From positions 21,328,001 through 21,392,000 of the forward strand of contig NC_086100.1 in assembly GCF_963921235.1 (NCBI RefSeq): a DNA stretch of 64,000 nt, given 5' to 3'. Below, one piece after another: positions 35,271 to 48,069 of this stretch. Source of the DNA: Mobula hypostoma. Its lineage: Eukaryota. Position numbers and translations under genes: made by a program. Position 1 is the first letter of the stretch. Every line of letters begins with the position of its first letter. The notes below the pieces were generated by a model. The model was not told where the DNA came from. It saw nothing but the letters and a program-made list of their open reading frames with translations, and searched no databases.

Positions 35271-36706
35271 AAGAACATAAGAAATAGGAGCAGGAGTAGG
35301 CTATCCGGCCCATTGAGCCTGCCCTGCCATTCAATAAGATCATGGCTGATCTGTCTGTAAACTCAGCTCCATCTACCTGCCTTTTCCCCAGAACCCTTAA
35401 CTCCCTTACGATGTAAAAACCTATCTAACTGTTTCTTAAACATATTTAATAAAGAAGCCTCAACTGCTTCCCTGGGCAGAGAATTCCACAGATTCACCAC
35501 TCACTGGGAAAAACAGTTTCTCCTCATCTCCATCCTAAATCTTCTCCCCTGAATCTTGAGGCAATGTCCCCTAGTTCTAGTCTCACCTACCAATGGAAAC
35601 AACTTTCCTACTTCTATCTTATCTATCCCTTTCAAAATTTTGTATGTTTCTATAAGATCCCCTCTCATTCTTCTGAATTCCAGAGAGTATAGTCCCAGGC
35701 GACTCAATCTCTCCTCATAGGTTAACCCCTTCTTCTCTGGATTCAACCTGGTGAACCTCCTCTTCACTGCCTCCAAAGCTAGTATATCCTTCCTCAAGTA
35801 TGGAGACCAGAACTGCACACAGTACTCTAGGTGCAGCCTCACCAGTACCCTGTATAGTTGCAGCATGACTTCCCTGCTCTTGAATTCAATCCCTCTAGCA
35901 ATGAAGGCCAAAATTCCATTTGCCTTCTTAATAACCTGTTGTACCTGCAAGCCAACTTTTTGTGACTCATGAACAAGTACTCCCAAGTCCCTCTGCACAA
36001 CAGCATGCTGCAATCTTTCACCATTTAAATAATAATATGCTCCTCTATTATGCCTTCTAAAGTGGATGATCTCCCATTTACCAATGTTGTATTCCATCTG
36101 CCAGACCTTGGCCTACTCACTTAACCTATCTATATCCCTCTGCAGACTTTCCACATCCTCTGTACAATTTGCTTTTCCACTCAGTTTAGTGTCATCAGCA
36201 AATTTTGCTACGCTACACTCAGTCCCCTCTTCCAAATCATCAATGTAAATGGTAAACAGCCCTGGGCCCAGCATCAACCACTGTGGCACCCCACTCACCA
36301 CTGACTGCCAACTGGAGAAACACCCATTTATACCAACTCTCTGCCTTTTATTGGTTAACCAATCCACTATCCATGCCAATACACTTCCTCCGAGCATGCA
36401 TCTGTATCTTATTTATAAGTCTCTTGTGCGGCACCTTATCGAACACCTTCTGGAAATCCAAGTATACAACATCCACCTGTTCCCCTCTATCCACTGCACT
36501 CATTATGTCCTCAAAGAACTCCAGTAAGTTTGTCAAACAGGACCTGCCCTTTCTGAATCCATGCTGTGTCTGTCTAATGGAACGTCTCCTTTCTAAATGT
36601 TTTGTTATTTCTTCCTTAATGACAGCTTCAAGCATTTTCCTGAATACAGATATTAAACTAACTGGCCTATAGTTGCCCGCCTTTTGCCTACATTTTTTTT
36701 TAAAAA
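35271..36706 (-). mobile_element. CR1 LINE, RT to 3' end, nested in the Gypsy 5' LTR
   Basis: ORFs 35501-36097, 36113-36397 (KFADDTK) and 36348-36635 (DFQKVFDKVPH); AAGAACATAAGAAATAGG tail. Confidence 0.93.
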
Positions 36707-38264
36707 GTGTCTGTTCTCTCTTGTTTTGTGGCCCCTCATGAATTGTTGTTCTTTAGTTTATTGGTAAAATATTGTTCACTGCTAAATCATCTCTGCTGCT
36801 CTGCTTATGGGTCAAGCCTTCTCCACAGTTCCAGACAGGATGAGTGAACCAGCAATTGACCCAACAGAATATGCTCACCAAAAGGAAGTCATCTCCTTAA
36901 TGAGTGCACTATCCAATAACAGCAGGAAACCATATACTCTCCAACCTCAACCAATGTACCATTTTGTTACAGCAACCCTGTGCCAGTTAACTTCCTTCTT
37001 CAGACCCCAGATTCCAGTGCCCGAATGCTTCAATGGATCCCGAACATGATGCCTGGACTTCTTGTCCCAGTACATCCTGCACTTTAAGCTGCAGCCATCC
37101 CTGTATGTTACATTTGTTGTCTCTCTCTTGACTGGTCGAGCTCTGACGTGGGCCATTGCCAACTAGGACAATAAAACCACCATCTTCAAAAATATGAGGA
37201 ATTCACCACTGGGATGGAATGGGTTCTCGACCATGTGGGAAGTGGAAGGGAGGCAGAGGATCAGATACTTAGCCCACTGCAAGGCTTGCGCTCAGTGCCA
37301 GATTACACGGTGGAATTCAGGACCCTGGTGGTGGGGCGTGGCTGAAATGCGGAAGCACTTCTGGCCCATTACCATAATGACCGCTTGGAGCACTTCAAAG
37401 ATGAGCTGTCTACCCACTAACCTCAAACCTTATCGTTCTAGCCCTCCGTATTGACAAGCATCCAATGGAAAAACACTCCAGATCTCCTGCCAGTACCCTA
37501 GTTCCATTCCCAGAACTATTTCAGACTGCAGGACCCTAACCAGCAATGCTTCTAGAACCCATGCAGCTAAAGAGAGCTCCCTTAACTCCCTCAAGAGTGA
37601 GATCGTCGGTGGGAAAACAATTTGTATACTTATTGCAGAGAAGCTGATCTCCCACACATCAAGTGCCCACTGTGTCAGGGAAAACTACACAACCAGGTAG
37701 AGACAAGAGGCCTTCTCTCTGGTAAGCCTCTCCCAGCCCCTTGTTTCGGCACTATAGCCCAACTCACTCTCTCTGTCATCCTCTACACCCTGACGGCTCT
37801 ATATGAACAGGTGGCTCTGGTGGATTGCAATGCAGCAGGCAACTTTCTGGACCAGGCTCTGGGTGTGCAGCTTGGAGTCCCTACCGAGCCTACCTCACAC
37901 CCCTTCTGCATCACAGCCATCACTGGACTTCCTTGGGATCTGGGACGTTCAGAGCATGCACACAGCCTGTGTACATGAGCATTGGAGAGCACCATGTGTC
38001 CATCCAATTCCCCCTTTTCAACTCACCCAACACTCCTCTCATCATGGGTTACCCCGGCTCTCCACTCAGGATCTCACGAATCTCACTTTGCCTGGTAATT
38101 GTGTTCACTGCCGAGTTGAGGACCCACCTGCCCCCAACCCCAGCTGACATCATCCTGTGAATCTGTGGAGATTCAGAAAACCCTCAACCTCACTGAGCAC
38201 CCTCAGGAATACCATGACTTTGCCATCGCCTTTAGTAAAAAGGAAGCCAGCACCCTCAACAAGA

Positions 38265-38385
38265 GAAATTCTGAAGGTACTGGAAATCCAAGCAACATAC
38301 ACAAAATGCTGGAGGAACTCAGCAGGCCAGGGAGCATCTGTGGAAAAAGAGTACAGTCGATGTTTCAGGCCGAGACCCTGCAAGT
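38265..38385 (-). mobile_element. Penelope-like family A pseudo-LTR fragment inside the Gypsy element
   Basis: GCTGGAGGAACTCAGCAGGCCAGG..CAGTCGATGTTTCAGGCCGAGACCCT. Confidence 0.8.
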
Positions 38386-39239
38386 GGAATCTGTGTGAGT
38401 AGCCAGCACCTTGACATCTTACAGACCACATGACTGCATGACTGGCCTCCTCTTAGGCACCACGCCTCTCTGAGGTTGTCTGTACCCTTATTTTGTCCTG
38501 AGACACATGTCATGAATGACTACGTTGCCAAAGCACTACAGCATGGCTTCATTCAGCCATGCCGGTCCCCAGCTAGTGCAGGATTCTTCTTTGTCTAAAA
38601 AAAAAGATGGGGGTCTTCATCCTTACGTTGACTACCATGGACTCCATCAGTTCATTGCAGCCTAACCTCAAAGTGACCAGTCCAATTTCTCCAACCAGCA
38701 GCTCTTATTTACTATTAAATCATCTTTTCTGCTCTGCTTCTGGGTCAAGCTTCCCCTGCATTTCCTGACACTCCCTTGAAATTCAGGCATTGGCATAACT
38801 AGTGTACAATTTGATAAAACAAAAACAGCTACATTTTAATCTCTGCTTCAATTATTGCTTCTAAAAGTGATATTACATATTTTCAACCTATTGAATACAG
38901 ATCACCATAACTGACTAATCGAATCCCAAATAAATAGTTAATGTTCCTCATATACTTTTATTTCTAAACCTCACCTGTCAATACCAAGTGATGAACATAG
39001 AATTGTCCAAGCCAATGACTGTTTCTCCATTCATGTTAATTCCAATCTATTCCACTGACAGCCATCCGTTACTTCTTTTCCAAATTGCTTCCTTGGTGCT
39101 GTTATCAGCCATATTAGTTTACAAAAAACAGTTTATGACCAATTCCAGATGTTGAGAAAAGATAATACAAATGATTTTAAAAAAGGATCCTCCAGTTACT
39201 TGGAGTTCTTTTAACCGTTCGGCTCAACCACTTTGAGCC

Positions 39240-39722
39240 ACCGTGGTTTTCAACCTAGACCCACCTATCTGCACACAGACCAAAGCTCTCCATACCTCTC
39301 TCATCCATTTACCTATCAAAACCTCTCATAGATGTTGCAACTGAACCGGCACCTACCACTTCTAATGGCAACTAGCTCCACACTCACACCACCCTCTGAG
39401 TAAAGACGCCTCCCCTCTCAGATAATCCTCAAATATTTCATCTTTCACCCTAAATCAGTTCTAATCTCACCCAACCTGAGGGGGAAAAGGCCTGTATGCA
39501 TTAATTTGTATGCCTCTATAAGATCTGCCCTCATTCTCCTGTGGTCCAGGGAAAAAAGCCCTAACTTGCTCAACTTCTCTCTATAACTCAGCTCCTCAAG
39601 TCCTGGCAACGTTCCTGTAAATCAGGGATTCACAAACTTTTTATGCTATGGACTCCTACCATTAACCGAGGGGTCCAGTACTTCAGGTTGGGAACCCTGC
39701 TGTAAATAATCCTCTGCAGCTT
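39240..39722 (-). mobile_element. CR1 3' fragment, decayed
   Basis: Homologous to 29230-29630. Confidence 0.75.
39623..39699. mobile_element. 77-bp hAT-type MITE with perfect 8-bp TSD
   Basis: CAGGGATTCACAAAC ... GGTTGGGAACCCTG; TSD CTGTAAAT at 39615-39622 and 39700-39707. Confidence 0.85.
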
Positions 39723-39774
39723 ACCAGCACCCAACTTACATAAAGCATCATTAAAAGTTGGTGAAGATCAATGT

Positions 39775-40255
39775 GGCTGTATCAAATTTCATTAGCCGCC
39801 TGTGGAAGTGGAGGAGCTAGTGAGCTTTCTTGGCTGTAACATCAGTGTGGTGATGTTCGCTCCTAGGAATCTGAAACTCTCAAACTTCTCGACCTCTGCA
39901 CCATTGATGTAAATGGGAGCATGTGCACCAACCCCTTTCCAAAAGTTAGTGACAAGCATTTTTGTTTTGCTGACACTGAGGAAAAAGTGGGCACCATAAC
40001 ACTATGTTCTCTATCTCCTTTCTGTACTCCAGCTCATTGTTATTTGAGGTAGACCTGCAATGGAGGTAACATCTCCAAACCTGTAGGTGGAGTCAGAGCA
40101 GAATCTGGCCATGTAGTCATGAGTGTATAGGAATAGAGACGGGGGCTGATGTTGCAGCCTTGTGGGGCACCAGTGTTAAGGATAATCGTTGTGGAATTAT
40201 TGCTGCCTATCCTTACTGATTGTGGTCAGTTGGTCAGGAAGTCAAAGATCTGGTT
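39775..40255 (-). mobile_element. Rex1/Babar-like LINE RT fragment
   Basis: Minus strand encodes DFLT..PQSVRIG..TGAPQGC.ISPPS-like and VEKFESFRFLG-like stretches. Confidence 0.65.
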
Positions 40256-40374
40256 TCTGGATCTATAGCCACTCATTCACTATTCTCTTCGGAGATCTGC
40301 TATTTTGAATAAAGACTATTATAACTCCCAGTTACAGTTTCCATTTTGCTCAATTAAGTCAGTCGCAACACTGC

Positions 40375-41005
40375 CCTCCATTTGCCCCTCATGATCTCAC
40401 AGGTTTCTATCAGGTCACCTCTCAATCTCCTGTGTCCTCCTGAAAAAAGACCCAGCGTACACAAACTTCTCCTTGTAACTCAGGCAACATTCTGCACAAT
40501 CTCTGCTGCATTATTTTGAGTTCAATAACATCTTTCCCATTACAGGGTGAGCAAAATTTTACAGAAGACTCCAAGTGTGGCCTTGCCCGCACCTTATCCG
40601 TCTACAACATAACTTCCATACTCGGTGCCCTAAGTGATGCAGGCTGCCGCGAGAAGCGCTTCTTCATCACCTTATGTACCAGTGATACCATTTCTGCAAA
40701 TGATGCACTTGCATTCCCAGGTCTCCGTTTTCCATAACACTCTCAAGGCCAAACCATTCACTGTAAAAGTTCTACTTTCATTTGAACTCCCAAAATGCAA
40801 TTCCTCACATTTATCTGAATTGAAGGCCATTTGCCAATCCTTAGTTTGCATACCTAACTGATCAAGATCCCCCTGTCATTTTTCATATTCTTCTACACTA
40901 CCTGCAACAACACCTATTTTGGTATCATCCTCAAGCATGCCTTGTAGATTCATTTCCAAATCGTTCACATAAATTACAGACAAGTATCTGAATGCAGTCC
41001 CCTGC
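40375..41005 (-). mobile_element. CR1 ORF2 fragment, old
   Basis: Similar to 29500-30150 (CCAAAATGCAA..CACATTTATCTGAATTGAA; GGTATCATC). Confidence 0.65.
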
Positions 41006-41119
41006 TTATTGGCTTTCCTTGCCTCCAGTCTGTAATTTTAACTGAGATACGTTTGGGGAGCAAGGATATATCCCTGCTAGGACTAGATGTTGAGTTGTGA
41101 AGGTGCAGGAGAAAGTTAA

Positions 41120-41775
41120 CTAGCAGGTTGAGTTGGTGGTAAGGAAGACAAAGGCAATATTACCATTCAATTTGAGTAGACTGGAATATAAAAGTGAGGA
41201 TGTAACGCTAAGGCATTGATCACACCACAGTTGGAGAATTATAAATAGTTCTGGATCTGGTAGCTAAGAGAAGATATGCTGGCATTGGAAAGGGTCTCGA
41301 AGAGGTTCACGAGAATGATCCCAGGAATGAAATGGTTAATGCATAAAGCGTGTTTGAAGGCTCTGGGCCTGTACTCACTGGAGTTTAGATGAATAAAGGC
41401 AACCTTATTGAAACCTATCGAATGTTAAAGATCCGAGATAGATTGGATAAGGAGAGGATGTCCCTATAGAGTGGAATCAAGGGCCTGAGTACATAGTTTT
41501 AGAGTAAAAGGATATCCCTTTAGAAAGGAGATGAGGAAGAATTTCTTTCGTTGTTGGGTGGTGAATCTGTGGAATTCGTTGCCACAGATGGCAGTAGAGG
41601 TCTAATATTGAGCATATTTAAAGTGAAGGTTGATAGGTTTTTGATTAGTAAGAGTAGCAAAGGTTACAGGGAGAAGGCAGGAGAATGGTGTTGAGAGGGA
41701 TAATAAATCAGCCTTGGGCAGCCACAATGGGCCAAATGGCCTTATTCTGCTCCTATGGCTTATGGTCTTATGGTC
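41120..41775 (+). mobile_element. CR1 3' part
   Basis: GAGGTTCACGAGAATGATCCCAGGAATGAAA..GTGGTGAATCTGTGGAATT..CTTATGGTCTTATGGTC tail. Confidence 0.85.
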
Positions 41776-43499
41776 CTTGCACCACCGGGAGGAGCAAGAA
41801 TGTGCCTTCAGGAAAACCGCCACCCAAGGAAGATTTGAGTGCCTATCCATCAGTTTCTGTCAGCACCTCAGCCAAAATTTTCTCCTTATGTCATCCTGGC
41901 TTTTTGTCAGTCCACTTCAGTGCAAGCCAGAGACATTATCCAATGGCCCATTAACTCCAGAAGTTGGCAAGCAGCATGCCAAGGAGGTTAAGACAATGAA
42001 TACTTGCGTTCCACCACTCATATGAACAAGCTACTGGTTTTAACATTTCATAATATTGTACCCATTCTTTGTGCAAACGCCATTTCTCACCATCTTTAAA
42101 CTGGTTTCTGTTTTAATGTCCGTGATCCAGTGACATATCTAAACTCTCCTCTGCTATTAGCTGAGGGCAACAGCAATGCCACACCCTGAGAAATAATTTT
42201 AAAAAGTGATTGTCTGAATATTTCTCTGCTAAGTATATCTCCGTGTGTGGCAGCTCATTTTGTTCACTGCAATATTTTTCTTCTAGAGGAAAAATAAAGA
42301 AAAGCTTCTAACAAAAACGTACACACCTCGAAACACTGCAAATGCATAACAAGGGTATTCTTGTTAAAGGTACTCCTGCTGAGAATAACACAACCACCTG
42401 AAGATAAATACAATTTGTCCAAATATGCAAAAGGAAATAATTAATTTTACAGCATCCAGATAGCTGAATGCTCAATAATTGGTTAAATTGATCATTTTTA
42501 CAACTGGGCACTAATGCATTCATGTCTCTGATTAGCTAGCAGTATAACAATTAAGTCACTAATAGAAATAATGCCAAGGATTCTCAGAACAGATTTTGTT
42601 AATACCCAATGACATAAAGAACAATTCCCCCTTTAATTTTTAAATATCGTGATCGTAAGAGAGTAGCAAAGAATTGATAATTGCAGCCAGTATTGAAGTC
42701 TATTAACTCTACATATGTTTGTTGTCATTCCATTATCAGGAAGATTACCTTGAGCAGAGCTAGTTAAAATGCAATAAAAGAAAATCTATGTTATTTCTAA
42801 TTTAAATAACTTTGACAATTAAGTTGCTTCAAGGAGTTTCCACCTAGTATATTCTGAGACAGTGGTTCCCGTCTTGCAGTTTGCAGTATTTAGGCAAATG
42901 GCCCAATTTGTTGTTTAAAGAACAAAATAAAATTTCAGTTTCTCTCTGTAATGATACCTTGCTGCTTTTATTCCAATTGCAAATGAATGATTGCTAAATT
43001 GGACAAAATGCAGTGGGAGAAATCACTGCCGCCTGACCCTCATGGCCAGCTGGCCACTGAACTAGTCTTTGTTTTTCATATCTGGAGTATAATTTAGCGA
43101 AGCACAGCAGTTTGATGAAAAATGTGACATTTTTACAATCATGTTAAGGCATGCAAGCTTACCATTTGCACCTGGTGGTGAACCTGTTTAATTCATTGCC
43201 ACAGACAGCTGTGCAGGCCATGTCACTGGGTATATTGAAGACAGAGGTTCATAGGTTCTTGATTAGTAAGGGTGTCAAAGAGAAGGAGGTGGGGGAGGGA
43301 AAAGAGAGAGGTGATGGGTAGGTCATGAGGTCAGAGCAGAGGAAAGGAAGCAGACAAAAGAATGGCCAAAATGATAGAGAACAAATTTAGGGGTAGGGGG
43401 GTGGAAAGAAGGATGTGGCTATTGGAAATTATAGAAAATGATGTTCATGCCTGCACTGAATATAAGGTATTGCTTCTCCAATCTGCATTTCGCTTTGTC

Positions 43500-43830
43500 A
43501 TCCACCCCAGGATGACCAGACACCCATTCAAAAAATGCTTTTCTCAAGCAGTGAGGCTCATCAACACCTCCCTCCATGAACCCATGGAGAGTTCACAACC
43601 CTCGTCCACAACTACTTCATTATGTCCTGTCAGTCACCTTATTAACAAACACCACTCCTGCGCCTAGTGTCACTTTCTGAACATACAATCAATCTATATA
43701 TATATATAAGCTATCTTATGTATTTATATTTATTGTAGATTTTTTAAGCTGCATTGGATCTGAAGTAACAATTATTTCATTCTCCTTCACACTTTTGTAC
43801 TGGAAATGGCATCAAACAAATTTGAGTCTT
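43500..43830 (+). mobile_element. Rex1/Babar-like 3' end
   Basis: RMTRHPFKKCFSQAVRLIN C-terminal motif followed by a UTR-like tail. Confidence 0.55.
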
Positions 43831-43856
43831 TTGTGTGTGTTGCTCAAGACTTCGGT

Positions 43857-44323
43857 CATGTTTTGTAACTTTAAAATATTAAATTAATTCAAATAAAGAT
43901 GCGAGACTCTGAATTACGGGTGCAACTTTGTCAAGGTGCGCATGTATTATGTGGTAGCGTGATGATATATGTAATTAATACATTTATACATGTAACCAGT
44001 AAGAAGAAGAAGAAGAAGAAAGCCCTTAACTCCAAGTGGAGTCACTGGGATGCGTCATGATGGCGTTTTTTTTAGCAGGCTCTCTTATTTTTACAAGGCC
44101 AAGTTGCATGCTCGACACTCAACCCAGCACGGATGGAAAGTGTGCAAGGGAGCGAGCTGGATTTGAACTCAGGAGCCTTCGCTCCGAAGTCCGGCACTGA
44201 TGCCACTACGCCACCAGCCAGCTAATGTAACCAGTAATTAATTATTAAAACAAACAAGAATACTTAATCAAGCAATCTATATACAAGATTACTCAAATAT
44301 TATTGAAATATTAAATACATAAC
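43857..44323 (-). mobile_element. Possible AT-rich solo LTR hosting the SINE
   Basis: TGTTTTGTA..TACATAAC terminal similarity; no clean TSD found. Confidence 0.3.
44003..44224 (-). mobile_element. tRNA-derived SINE with (TTC)n tail and 13-bp TSD
   Basis: TSD ATGTAACCAGTAA at 43990-44002 and 44225-44237; A box TGGCGTAGTGG; B box GAGTTCAAATCC. Confidence 0.9.
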
Positions 44324-44609
44324 TTCCACTTTTGTTTGAGATTTGCAACATCAACAGTTTGCAGTTTCCAAAGTAATTGGACTTATTATGCTTAATACAT
44401 GTAAATTATGCAATAAGGTCAACTTACTCATTTTAAATTCTGCTGTTGATTATTTCCAGGTTAATGAATAATTATTAGGAAATTGGTTCATAAGCATTCA
44501 GCTGAGCATGTTTGCTTTTTCTCCCATGTTTTTCCAAAGACTAATGGTACCATTGGCCAGCCAACAAAAAAAATCTGAATTTCCAGAAATATCCCGTAAC
44601 TTTTCTTGT

Positions 44610-46048
44610 TAACATAGAACATAGAAATCTACAGAACATTACAGGCCCTTAGGCCGACCATGTAACCTACTCTGGAACTGCCTAGAATTTCCCTAGCGCA
44701 CAGTCCTCTATTTTTCTAAGCTCCATCTACCTATCTAAGAGGTTCCTTAAAGACCCTGTTGTATCTCCTTCCACCATCACTACCAGCAGTGCATTCCACA
44801 CACCCACCACTCTCTGCGTGAAAAACTTACCCTTGACATACCCTCGGTACCTATTTCCAAGCACCTTAAATCTATGCCCCCTCGTATTAGTTTTTTCAAC
44901 CCTGGGAAAAAACCTCTGGCTATCCACACAATCAATGCCCCTCATCATCTTATATACCTCTATCAGGTCACCTCTCATTGTCCATAGCTCCAAGGAGAAA
45001 AGGCCAAGTTCACTCAAGCTATTCTCATACGTTACACCCTCCAATCTTGGCAACATCCTTGTAAATCTCCTCTGCACTCTCTCTGTAGGATCCACATCCT
45101 TCCTGTAGTGAGGTGAGCAGAAATGAACACAGTACTCCAAGTGGGGTCTGACCAAGGTTTTATATAGCTGTAACTTTACCTCATGCCTCTTGAACTCAAT
45201 CCCAAGGTTGATTAATGCCAAAACACCATATGCCTTCTTAACAACATTGTCAACCTGCGCAGCAACTTTGAGTGTCATATGGACACTGACCCTCAAGATC
45301 TCTCAGATTGTCCACACTGCTAAGATTCTTACCATTAATATTATATTCTGTCTTTAAATTTGACCTACCAAGATGTACCACTTCACACTTACCTGGGTTG
45401 AAATTCATATGCCACTTCACAGCCCAGTTTTACATCCTATCGATGTCCCACTGTAACCTTTGACAACCCTCCAGAACACCTCCAACCTTTGTGTCATCAG
45501 CAAACGTACTAACTCACCCTTCTACTTCTTCATCCAGGTCATTTATAAAAATCACAAGAGGAGGGGTCCCAGGACAGATCCCTGTAGAACACCACTGGTC
45601 ACCGACATCCATGCAGAATACGAATCATCTATACTCACCCTTTGTCTTCTGTGGGCAAGCTAACTCCGGATCCACAAAGCAAGGTCTCCTTGGATCCCTT
45701 GCCTCCTTACTTTCTGAAGGAGCCTTGCATGGGGAATCTTATCAAATGCCTTACTGAAATCCGTATACACTACATCCATTGCTCTAACTTCATCAATGTG
45801 TTTTTTAACTTCCTCAAAGAATTCAATCAGGCTCGTAAGGTAAAACCTGCCCTCGACAAAGCCATGCTGACTATCCCTAATCAGATTATGTCTCTCCAAA
45901 TGCTCATAAATCCTGCCTCTCAGGATCTTCTCCAACAACTTGCCCATCAATGAAGTAAGGCTCACTGATCTATAATTTCCTGGGTTAGCTCTACTCCCTT
46001 TCTTAAACAAGGGAACAATATTTGCAACCCTCCAATACTCCGGTACTG
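44610..46048 (-). mobile_element. CR1 LINE, RT to 3' end
   Basis: ORFs 44727-45296 and 45660-46064; (AACATAG)n tail. Confidence 0.92.
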
Positions 46049-46519
46049 TAACAGTACAAAACATAACAGTAATGAGAAGAGGGCATGCCCTAGATGGTGA
46101 AGCTACTTAGTGATGGAGAGATAAACAGAGTAAAAGTTTTAGTATGAAGAACCTTCATCATCTGAAACGTAATTTTGTTTCTTGTTCTCAGATGCTGTCT
46201 GACCTGCCGAGTGTTCACAAAATTTTCTGTTTTATATTTAAAATTCCAGTGCTTTTAGCCAAGTGTATGTACAATGGAGTAATTGTTTTGGCTCATTATC
46301 AAACAGTTTAGAACTTTATCAATTCACATGTCAATGTACTGATTAATAACTAATACTTTTACTTAAATGTCTATCCATTTGCTGTCATGACTGCTTGTTG
46401 CATGGATACTGAATAATCCAGTTTTTTCATTCTCTAAATATACTTCCAAATTATAATTTGTCATTTTGTTTGTCATTTTGAATTGTCTCTAAAATTGCTT
46501 CTATTCCTTGTCTTAGAGC

Positions 46520-47462
46520 TATAGAGTCATAAAGTACAGCAGTAATGAAACAGGTCCTTTCGCCCATCTAGTTCATGTGGCCTAATCTTCTGCCTAGGCC
46601 CAACTACTAACACCCAGAACATCACCCTCCATACCCCTCTCTTCCATGTGCCTAAATAAAGCCTGTATGCACTCACCCTGTTTAGACCCCCTCTACTTCT
46701 GTATACCTCTGTGAGATCTCTCCTCATTCTCCTGCACCCAGGGAATTAAGTCCTAACCTATTCATCCTTTTCCCTATAATTCAGTCCTCAAATCCCGGCA
46801 ACATCCTCGTCAATTTTCTCTGCGCTATTTCAAGCTTATTCATATTCTTCCTGTACGTAGTTGACAGCAATTGTACAGAATGCCCCAAACTCAGCCCCAA
46901 CAGCATTTTATACAACTTCAATATAGCATCCAAATTTCTGTACTCAGGGTTGAGAAGATCTGCCGATGCCGATAATCAAATGAATGAGCGGTCTTGATGG
47001 AGTGTCTCGGCCCAAAACATCGACTGTTTAATCTTTTCTGTAGACGCTGCCTGGCCTGCTGAGTTCCTCCAGTATTTCCTGGGTGTTGCTCTGTACTCAG
47101 AGTCCTGATTTGTGAAACCAAAGTGCCCTTTACACACTATCTACGTTTGATGCTAATTTCAATAAATTATGGACCTGGATTCCCATGTCCCTTTCTTCTT
47201 CCGCAGGTCCCTCCCATCCAATGTGCAAGTCCTACCCTGGTTTGTCTTCCCAATATGCAACACCTTACACTTTTCTACATTAAATTCTATCTGCTGTTTT
47301 TCAGCACATTTTCCCATCTGGTCCAGATTACTTTACAAGCTTTGATAGCCTGCCTCAGCGTCCACTATATCTTGGTGTCATCAACGTATTTGCTAATCCA
47401 GTTTATAATACATCACCTAAATCATTAATATAGATGATAAACACCAGCACAGATTCCCTGCG
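46520..47462 (-). mobile_element. Decayed CR1 with a Penelope-like pseudo-LTR fragment inserted at about 46990-47090
   Basis: CR1 homology to 29150-30140; insert TTGATGGAGTGTCTCGGCCCAAAACATCGACTG..GCTGAGTTCCTCCAG; CTGTACTCAG occurs on both sides. Confidence 0.75.
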
Positions 47463-47532
47463 GTACAGACTTGTATCTGCAGATTTGACCTTTCGTTTGG
47501 TGACTGAATCACTTAGCTATCTAAAATGGTGA

Positions 47533-47627
47533 ATGATGATGTTAGCTACCAACTGAATTGATGTCACCATAAGACTAGTGAGTGACAGCCATGATGATGT
47601 TAGCTACCATCTGAATTGGTGTCACCA
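47533..47627 (+). repeat. Local duplication of a 35-37 bp unit
   Basis: ATGATGATGTTAGCTACCA(A/T)CTGAATTG(A/G)TGTCACCA occurs twice, about 58 bp apart. Confidence 0.9.
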
Positions 47628-48069
47628 GCCCATCTCTGACTCAACTAAACACTGCAAGCATATTAGTCACTTGTGATGGATGAAATTCTTTAGCTTCCTT
47701 CGATAGCATTTCTATCAATACAGCGATTCAATTGTGTGTTTCAATGTCAGATTATACATGCTTGGCAATTCTCACTGCAATCAATCGTCTACCAGTCCAC
47801 AAAAAGGCACGATCCAAGAAAGTCCCAAAATTACAATGCGAAGAAAACTTCTAACTTGAAAATAATTGCCTTACCTTTTTCTGTCTTCTTACCTTCATTT
47901 ATTACTTTAGACTATTTTGAGCAACAATGAACTACAGTAAACTTCCAATTTATGCCAAAAACACTTTTTCATGGCACTACAAGATCATGCCATATATTTT
48001 GGTCCAATTTCTATTAGTTATGCCATCTTGTCTATGCTCACAAAGCATCAGATTGTTCTGAATTCCATA

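Larger units (their letters stand above)
35109..38770 (+). mobile_element. Sushi-type Gypsy LTR retrotransposon, decayed and internally deleted, 5' LTR split by CR1
   Basis: Ends TGTCAGG..CCTGACA; TSD CTCCC (35104-35108, 38771-38775); LTR 3' ends 36770-36837 and 38705-38770 are similar; gag PECFNGSR..VSLLTGRALTWA, protease ALVDCNAAGNFLD, RT start SPASAGFFFV*KKDGGL..VDY. Confidence 0.85.

Noticed and set aside
36838-36860. Self-priming PBS in the Sushi-type element
   Set aside because: Expected for the lineage, but only weak gapped complementarity to the LTR is visible in this decayed copy.
24773-38775. Shared target preference from similar TSDs (CCTCC and CTCCC) of the two Gypsy elements
   Set aside because: Only two events, from different lineages, and one lies in a C/T-rich host.
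47533-47627. CRISPR-like repeat-spacer-repeat
   Set aside because: Only two imperfect units, a eukaryotic context and no cas genes; a simple local duplication.
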